Shown here piece by piece: positions 35,492-41,007 of a DNA stretch of 41,007 nt; the first letter of the stretch is position 1; each line of letters opens with the position of its first letter. The position numbers were made by a program, and so were the translations under genes. This stretch comes from a bacterium. GTDB lineage: Bacteria; Bacillota_I; Bacilli_A; RFN20; CAG-826. Where the stretch lies: contig JAHZFY010000001.1 in NCBI GenBank assembly GCA_019421105.1, positions 3,357-44,363 on the forward strand, in the 5' to 3' direction. The notes beneath the pieces are model-generated. The model saw only the letters and a program-made list of their open reading frames with translations, was not told the origin of the DNA and did not search any database.

Positions 35492-36070
35492 ATGAAAAAG
35501 ATATATACTTTAGAAGAAAAATACGAATTAATATTAAAAAAATTAAAACAAAGTACATCAAAAAATCCAGTTGATGTCGCTGTTAGTGTTATGAATGAAG
35601 ATTTTGTTTCTATGCATGGACCTGAGCATCATTTAATTGACGGAGGTTCATTTTTAACAGCTTACAAAAATGCAGGTGGACAAATCGATTTAGATAAAGC
35701 TTTAGATGAATTAATTAAAAGAAGTAAGATGATGCCTGGCGGCATGTGTGGATTATGGGGAGTATGTGGCTCTATCACAAGTGTTGGAGCAGCTTTATCG
35801 ATTATTAACGAGGTAGGACCTTTAACAAATAATGAGAACTATAAAAGGCAAATGGAATTTACAAGTCACGTTTTAGAAAAAATGTCTAAACTAGGCGGCC
35901 CTAGATGTTGTAAAAGAAATTGTTATTTGTCATTAAGCAACGCTGCCAGCTTTATAAAATTAAATTATGGCATCGATATGGAAGTAAGTTTGATTCAGTG
36001 TGACTTTAGCAATAAAAATTCGCAGTGTATAAAGGATAAATGTCCTTTCTATAATGAAAAAGAAGAATAG
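35492..36070 (+). CDS. Cys-rich DUF5714-like protein (putative metal/Fe-S binding)
   Basis: MHGPEHHLIDGG, CGLWGVCGS and GGPRCCKRNC motifs as I recall them for DUF5714, plus C-terminal C-x9-C-x4-CP. Start chosen at ATG 35492 (SD GAGGTGG at 35482-35488). The alternative ATG 35480 overlaps the upstream TGA (ATGA). Confidence 0.5.
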   Translation: MKKIYTLEEKYELILKKLKQSTSKNPVDVAVSVMNEDFVSMHGPEHHLIDGGSFLTAYKNAGGQIDLDKALDELIKRSKMMPGGMCGLWGVCGSITSVGAALSIINEVGPLTNNENYKRQMEFTSHVLEKMSKLGGPRCCKRNCYLSLSNAASFIKLNYGIDMEVSLIQCDFSNKNSQCIKDKCPFYNEKEE

Positions 36071-36087
36071 TTTACTATTCTTTTTTT
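36064..36087 (+). terminator. Weak AT-rich Rho-independent terminator
   Basis: AGAATAG (36064-36070) pairs with CTATTCT (36075-36081) around a 4-nt loop. T-run to 36087. Confidence 0.45.
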
Positions 36088-36172
36088 ATATTTTTAAAAA
36101 AATATTGAAAAAAACATAAAATAGTTTTACATTTTTACTCATAAATTACTTTATCCAAAAGGAGGATATTGC

Positions 36173-37681
36173 ATGAATAAAGCAAAACTTGGTTTTCTTT
36201 TAACCATAAGTGTTTTTGCTATAGGAGCTGTTACTGTTGGTGCTTTAGCTTACAACAATCATCAGTATGTTGAAAAAGTTAATGGCACAGATTGTAATTT
36301 CTTTTTTAGAGACTCACTTAAACCAACATTAGATGAACATGGAAATGGAACATCTACACTTAAAACCTTAAAATTAGCTTACACGAAGGCTGAAGCTTCT
36401 AGTAAGGGACACGTCGTTTTAAACGATGGTGGCACAATGGGCACAGATGGCACTAAATATGACGCTACTACAGGTGTTGGCAGCGTTGTAAACGGTTTAT
36501 TTGGTGTCAAAGTTATTTTCACTGCTGATCCAGGCGCTAAATTAGTTTTATACACAACTTATTTGGATTCAACAACTTTTGATGGAACACGCATTGAATT
36601 AACTTCTAATGAAGCAGTTAGCTTAATGCATAGTGATTATCATGATGAATTATTGCCTAGATATTTCCAATTAAAAGCCGAAGGCGGGAAAGTTGAAATA
36701 AAAGGTGTATCTTTAGATTGCACTACAAAAACTAGAGATATAAATTTATCAACAGTTACTAAAGTTTGGAATGGTACTTACACATATACGAACTATGATT
36801 ATGGAATTGAAAACGAAACATCAACTCAAACTATTACCTTAACTCATAATAAGGAAAAAGATATCTATGTTTTAAATTACCCAGAATACAATCCAGATAG
36901 CGGAATGGTTGAAATGATCAATTTGTATGCTGCTGCAGATATGAATCCAGAATTATTATTTGTTAAGGATTTAAATGATGCATTTGCAACAGGCGCAGAT
37001 GTTTATAAATCCACCTCTTTTAGCGGTGATCAAGTCACAATAGATACTGAAGATTGGGCGATTACTTCTAGTTTTGAAGGAACACCTTACGTTGAAGCAA
37101 CATCTATTGACATTGAAGCAACTAATGGAACTGAAGCAAATAAAGTTGGAGACACTTTAAATTTTAAAGCCAAAGTATCGCCTTATGGTTATACTTCCAC
37201 AGTTAATTGGACAGTTGAAGGTGATGGATTTGAAATATCTAAAACAAATGGTACAAAAAATGATGAAGTGATTATTAAATCTATAAAAGATGGTGGTTCT
37301 GCAGTACTTAAAGCAGAAATTGATGGAAAAGTAGATCAAATTACAGTTACAACTAAAAATTCATCAACCGTCCCTACATTCCCAGATGAACTTGTTGGTG
37401 ATTGGGAATTCAATGATTCTATGGATGCCGGGTATATTTTAAACGCTACTTTTACTTCAACAAGTGTTCATTTAACCGAGTCTATGTTTGGGGTTGACAA
37501 ATTATATATATTAAACGATATTTCATCAAACACAAATGGTGTTTTAACGTTTACTTATACAGGAGAAGACGGATATGGAGATGTTGTTTTTAGTTACGAT
37601 GGAACCGATTTAATTCTAGTTTCTGAAGAAGAAGGTCTTACATATAATCTTTTTGATGATGCAGTAGGAGTTAAACTTTAA
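36173..37681 (+). CDS. Membrane-anchored surface protein with Big_2-like Ig domain; function unknown
   Basis: N-terminal signal anchor, SD AAGGAGG. Ig-like segment ATSIDIEATNGTEANKVGDTLNFKAKVSP...VNWTVEG...AVLKAEIDGKVDQITVT. Confidence 0.6.
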   Translation: MNKAKLGFLLTISVFAIGAVTVGALAYNNHQYVEKVNGTDCNFFFRDSLKPTLDEHGNGTSTLKTLKLAYTKAEASSKGHVVLNDGGTMGTDGTKYDATTGVGSVVNGLFGVKVIFTADPGAKLVLYTTYLDSTTFDGTRIELTSNEAVSLMHSDYHDELLPRYFQLKAEGGKVEIKGVSLDCTTKTRDINLSTVTKVWNGTYTYTNYDYGIENETSTQTITLTHNKEKDIYVLNYPEYNPDSGMVEMINLYAAADMNPELLFVKDLNDAFATGADVYKSTSFSGDQVTIDTEDWAITSSFEGTPYVEATSIDIEATNGTEANKVGDTLNFKAKVSPYGYTSTVNWTVEGDGFEISKTNGTKNDEVIIKSIKDGGSAVLKAEIDGKVDQITVTTKNSSTVPTFPDELVGDWEFNDSMDAGYILNATFTSTSVHLTESMFGVDKLYILNDISSNTNGVLTFTYTGEDGYGDVVFSYDGTDLILVSEEEGLTYNLFDDAVGVKL

Positions 37682-37686
37682 TAATT

Positions 37687-38520
37687 ATGAAAAAATCTAT
37701 ATTATTATCCTTGTTTTTACCTTTAGTTGTATCGTGTGCTACTAATCCTGTTAGCAGTACACTTACAACAACTGATACAATTGACACAACAACGACTACA
37801 TCTGAAGTCGAAGAATTTAAATCTCATTGGGGCGTAAAAGAAGTTGAAGAAGCTATAGAAGCATCTATTAAATTTGATATTCCATATTTTTACGCTCCTA
37901 AATACGTTGCTAATGCAACAGTGGATGCATTTAATGATCCAACATTAGAATTATACTTTTTAGGTTTTAAAGAAGAAGAAACCATTGTAAAAGCCGAGGC
38001 ATATGCTAATGTATGCAAGGCAAGTGGTTATGAAGTCGACTTTAAAACCAATACATACGAAGGCGTTGAGTATGATGTTTATTTTGCTACAACAAAAATG
38101 AACGATGATTTTGAAATTCAACTACAAATCGTCCATGGAAAAACTGGAGCAGATGAATATGGTGTTGCTGTCAACGCTACAATTTGTGTTATTGTTGATG
38201 GAACTTCCTTCCCAACAAAACTTGTTGAACATTATTTTGGCTATTCCATCCCTGTTCTAGAGAAAGATTATTTCACGTATTATGGTGAAGTTGGTATCCA
38301 AAATGATACCATTGTTGGTTACATTGAACTTCAAAATGCTCAAGAAAGAGATGAGGACGAATATTATAACCTTGTTAAAGCTGCTGGATATCAAATTGAT
38401 GATACAAATTACTATGATTATGGATATGTATGTTTAAGCAGCGATGGCGGCCATTTTTTACAATTTATGTATATTGATAATGTTATAATGATATTTACAT
38501 TTAAAAATGTATCTATGTAG
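37687..38520 (+). CDS. Lipoprotein of unknown function (277 aa)
   Basis: Signal MKKSILLSLFLPLVVSC (lipobox VVSC) followed by a Thr-rich linker. Confidence 0.65.
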   Translation: MKKSILLSLFLPLVVSCATNPVSSTLTTTDTIDTTTTTSEVEEFKSHWGVKEVEEAIEASIKFDIPYFYAPKYVANATVDAFNDPTLELYFLGFKEEETIVKAEAYANVCKASGYEVDFKTNTYEGVEYDVYFATTKMNDDFEIQLQIVHGKTGADEYGVAVNATICVIVDGTSFPTKLVEHYFGYSIPVLEKDYFTYYGEVGIQNDTIVGYIELQNAQERDEDEYYNLVKAAGYQIDDTNYYDYGYVCLSSDGGHFLQFMYIDNVIMIFTFKNVSM

Positions 38521-38534
38521 GAAGGCAATTAAAC

Positions 38535-40355
38535 ATGAAAAAAACTACGTTATTAATTTTAAGTGCTGCGATGATGATGATTGTTGGATGCGCTCCAACT
38601 GGAAGTGGCACTGATACAAGTTCTGATTCTGGAAACTCAACAATGACTTCTACTTTATCGTGGAAAGTCACATTTCACATCTTTGAAAATGAGACTAAAG
38701 TTGTGGATGTTGTAAATAATCATACAGTGGATAATTATATACCTGAGCCACGAGAAGGATACAACTTTGTTGGTTGGTACACCAATGAAGAATATTCTTT
38801 AGTTTATGATTTCAACACAAAAGTAGTAGCAGATTTAGATTTATACGCAAAATGGCTTGAAGAAGGAGAAAAGATAACCACTCAGGTTTTAAAAGATGCA
38901 TTAAATCAAGACTATACTAATTCAACCGTATGGCAATATCAAAGCGGTGTAGGTGATGAATTTATCGTCAATAACATTGATGGATATAGCGTTACTCAAA
39001 CAGCTTTAGATGGATTAGGACAAAGAGATTTCTTATTCTATCATGATTATAATGGTGAATCTCATCAATATTGGTATGAAGAATCTTTAGGTGGAGCTTG
39101 GATAAGACAAGGCATCAAATTTAGTGATGGAACATACGCTATTTATGATGTAGATCGCATTTATTGGACTCCAATGTATTCTTTCCCAATCATTGAAAAA
39201 CACGCTGATTTATTTACATACGCTGGCGGTGGAGCTTTCAATTTAACAGATGCAGCAGGTATTCAAACATTATTAGATGATGGATTATTTGTTAACGTTT
39301 GGGATAATGACATCGCTCAAGTTATCGTTTATTTAAATGATGCAAAAACAATGGTTAAGGAAATTAGAACTTACGACTCTTTAGATCCTATAAATCCTAA
39401 CTATACAAGAACTCAACTATTTGATATTGGTAATACATCTTTAATCGATGTTGATTTACCTGAAGCACCAAATGAAAGCAATGTGAAAACATATTATGAA
39501 TGGAAAGGTATAGAAGAACCAATATACACAGAAATTGAATCTATTAACTTAGGATTTGTCGATGAAACAGTTACATCTATTAATTTAGATAAAGAATTAG
39601 AATTAAAATACGAATTAAACCCAACAAATCCTGGCCGTAAAGACTTAGAATTTATTGTTAATGGCGTTAAAGATGGCATTAAAGTTAACTATTCTTTCAC
39701 GCCAAATCAATTAGTGGTTCACGGCAATATTGCAGGAACATACAAAATTAAAATACATGATAAAATCAGCGATGTTTATTCAAATGAAGTAACAGTAGTG
39801 GTTAATGATACTGCTGAAAGCAAGTTTACAAATGCTTTATACGATTTATCATTTGAAGATAATGGTCTTTATTATGAAATGATAAATAATATTGAGAATA
39901 GTAAAAAAGCTACATATGTTACTTCTGATGAAGAAGTTGAAGTAAGCGCTTGTATGTATGGAGACAATCCTAAGCTAGATATGTTGACAAACGCTGCTAT
40001 ATTTGGAGTTAATCAAACTGTCAATACAGGTCCTTTAACTTTAGATTTAACATTAGATACTGAAGTTAACGCATTAAGTTTTACATACGGTGTCTTATTT
40101 GAAAATCAAGTTAGCAATGCAAGAAGCAAAAACATGTTTGTAGCAAAAGTATTAACATCTAATGATGGCGTTACTTATGATAATGTTATTGATTGGACTG
40201 ATGATTTTATTAACAATGTTCACGCTAAAGGATTATCTAGACAAGATGTTGAACTTGGAGTTAATACAAAACACGTTAGAATTCAATTTGAAAGCAAATT
40301 CATCGGTAAAGGATTTGAAGTGGCGATGAATTCGTTTGGGTTATATCTAGAATAA
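38535..40355 (+). CDS. Lipoprotein with Listeria-Bacteroides (Flg_new) repeat, Ig-like region and C-terminal beta-sandwich-like module
   Basis: Lipobox IVGC. PREGYNFVGWYTNEEYSLVYDFNTKVVADLDLYAKW is the canonical repeat motif. SD AGGAAGG. Confidence 0.65.
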   Translation: MKKTTLLILSAAMMMIVGCAPTGSGTDTSSDSGNSTMTSTLSWKVTFHIFENETKVVDVVNNHTVDNYIPEPREGYNFVGWYTNEEYSLVYDFNTKVVADLDLYAKWLEEGEKITTQVLKDALNQDYTNSTVWQYQSGVGDEFIVNNIDGYSVTQTALDGLGQRDFLFYHDYNGESHQYWYEESLGGAWIRQGIKFSDGTYAIYDVDRIYWTPMYSFPIIEKHADLFTYAGGGAFNLTDAAGIQTLLDDGLFVNVWDNDIAQVIVYLNDAKTMVKEIRTYDSLDPINPNYTRTQLFDIGNTSLIDVDLPEAPNESNVKTYYEWKGIEEPIYTEIESINLGFVDETVTSINLDKELELKYELNPTNPGRKDLEFIVNGVKDGIKVNYSFTPNQLVVHGNIAGTYKIKIHDKISDVYSNEVTVVVNDTAESKFTNALYDLSFEDNGLYYEMINNIENSKKATYVTSDEEVEVSACMYGDNPKLDMLTNAAIFGVNQTVNTGPLTLDLTLDTEVNALSFTYGVLFENQVSNARSKNMFVAKVLTSNDGVTYDNVIDWTDDFINNVHAKGLSRQDVELGVNTKHVRIQFESKFIGKGFEVAMNSFGLYLE

Positions 40356-40374
40356 TTTCTATTATCAAAACAAC

Positions 40375-40405
40375 AAAAAAACACGAGATTTGTCTCGTGT
40401 TTTTA
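40375..40405. terminator. Bidirectional Rho-independent terminator between convergent genes
   Basis: ACACGAGA (40381-40388) pairs with TCTCGTGT (40393-40400) around a TTTG loop. An A-run lies upstream and a T-run downstream. Confidence 0.8.
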
Positions 40406-40419
40406 TTGTTAACAATTAA

Positions 40420-40629
40420 TTACCAATTGCCAACGACGTTACCATCGGAATCTTTAAATGAACCGACTGCAATCATTATAAAGTCGACTATTGCACCAAT
40501 ACCTAATAAGCCACCAGTGAAGAGCCATAAAATGCCTGTACCAACTTTACCGACGTAGAAGCGATGGACGCCAATTGCGCCAAGGAAAAAGCAAAGCAAT
40601 AAGGCTGCAAGTCTAGATTTTCCTGACAT
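40420..40629 (-). CDS. TM2 domain-containing membrane protein
   Basis: 69 aa. LGAIGVHRFYVGKVGTGILWLFTGGLLGIGAIVDFI is the TM2-domain pattern. SD AAAGGGGA. Confidence 0.8.
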   Translation of the reverse strand: MSGKSRLAALLLCFFLGAIGVHRFYVGKVGTGILWLFTGGLLGIGAIVDFIMIAVGSFKDSDGNVVGNW

Positions 40630-40806
40630 ATTTGTATCCCCTTTCGTTGCTAATATTATAAATCATAATTAACCAATAATAAATAGTATTTTCTAATCAA
40701 TTAAGTTAAAAAAATAGTAACACGTTTCGTTAGAAGAATTTATAATAGTTAATACATAAAGCAAATACGTAAGATATTGCTTTTTAAATAGTTAAGGAGT
40801 TTAAAT

Positions 40807-41007
40807 ATGAAGTATTGTAAGTATTGTGGCAAAGAACTTGCTGATAATGTATCAGTTTGCCCTAATTGTGGCGCTGATTTAGGTATGGAAGCACAAAGCC
40901 AACCATCAATGAACAGTTTTAACAATAATACTCAAACTGTTTATACTGGATCTACTGCTGGTTGGGGAGTTTTAGGCTTTTTTGTTCCAATTGTTGGATT
41001 AATTTTA
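40807..41007 (+). CDS. Zinc-ribbon domain membrane protein, N-terminal fragment (runs off window; absent from ORF track)
   Basis: My translation: MKYCKYCGKELADNVSVCPNCGADLGMEAQSQ...GWGVLGFFVPIVGLIL. It has CxxC...CxxC followed by the start of a TM helix. SD AAGGAG at 40794-40799. TATAAT at 40741-40746. Confidence 0.6.
   Translation, partial: MKYCKYCGKELADNVSVCPNCGADLGMEAQSQPSMNSFNNNTQTVYTGSTAGWGVLGFFVPIVGLIL

Noticed and set aside
40758-40785. AT-rich hairpin (AAAGCAA...TTGCTTT) plus T-run in the putative 5' leader of the zinc-ribbon gene. I considered it as an attenuator or riboswitch terminator.
   Set aside because: The stem is short and bulged with only two G-C pairs. There is no upstream aptamer-sized conserved element. 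It is compatible with chance in this AT-rich spacer.
1-41007. Alternative genetic code (TGA=Trp, Mollicutes table 4), tRNA/rRNA genes, CRISPR arrays, IS elements and prophage genes.
   Set aside because: Long ORFs are uninterrupted under the standard code, with Trp as TGG and at least one gene ending in TGA. I found no cloverleaf-like or rRNA-like segments, no regularly spaced direct repeats, and no transposase, integrase or phage structural motifs.

Overview
AT-rich (roughly 30% GC by eye), standard genetic code, densely coding chromosomal window. It most resembles a wall-less or low-GC Firmicute/Mollicutes-type organism (Acholeplasma-like is my guess): 9-10 lipobox lipoproteins, C-terminal TM anchors rather than LPXTG, TGA used as a stop and TGG for Trp. 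There are two carbohydrate loci. (1) Plus strand, 1-10339: sugar ABC transporter (SBP fragment plus two permeases), three GH30 glycosidases (two surface, one cytoplasmic) and two paralogous OB-fold-like surface proteins. (2) Minus strand, 28774-16766: a ~12 kb maltodextrin/pullulan operon of MalE-like lipoprotein, MalF- and MalG-like permeases, GH13 amylase lipoprotein, an unusually long (~847 aa) MalK/MsmK ATPase, two orphan lipoproteins and type I pullulanase. A divergent cytoplasmic neopullulanase lies at 29616-31334. Between the two loci sits gpsA, then a very AT-rich stretch of orphan genes. The first of these is a RES-domain (NAD+-degrading toxin fold) protein whose start overlaps the gpsA stop; it is followed by a 60-aa membrane peptide. 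The right third holds LMW-PTP, fucO-like alcohol dehydrogenase, a carbon-nitrogen hydrolase overlapping a Cys-rich DUF5714-like gene, three surface proteins, a TM2 protein and a zinc-ribbon gene fragment missing from the ORF track. I saw no tRNA, rRNA, CRISPR array, IS/transposase, integrase or recognisable transcription factor gene. All homology calls rest on motif recognition by eye and were not verified by search.
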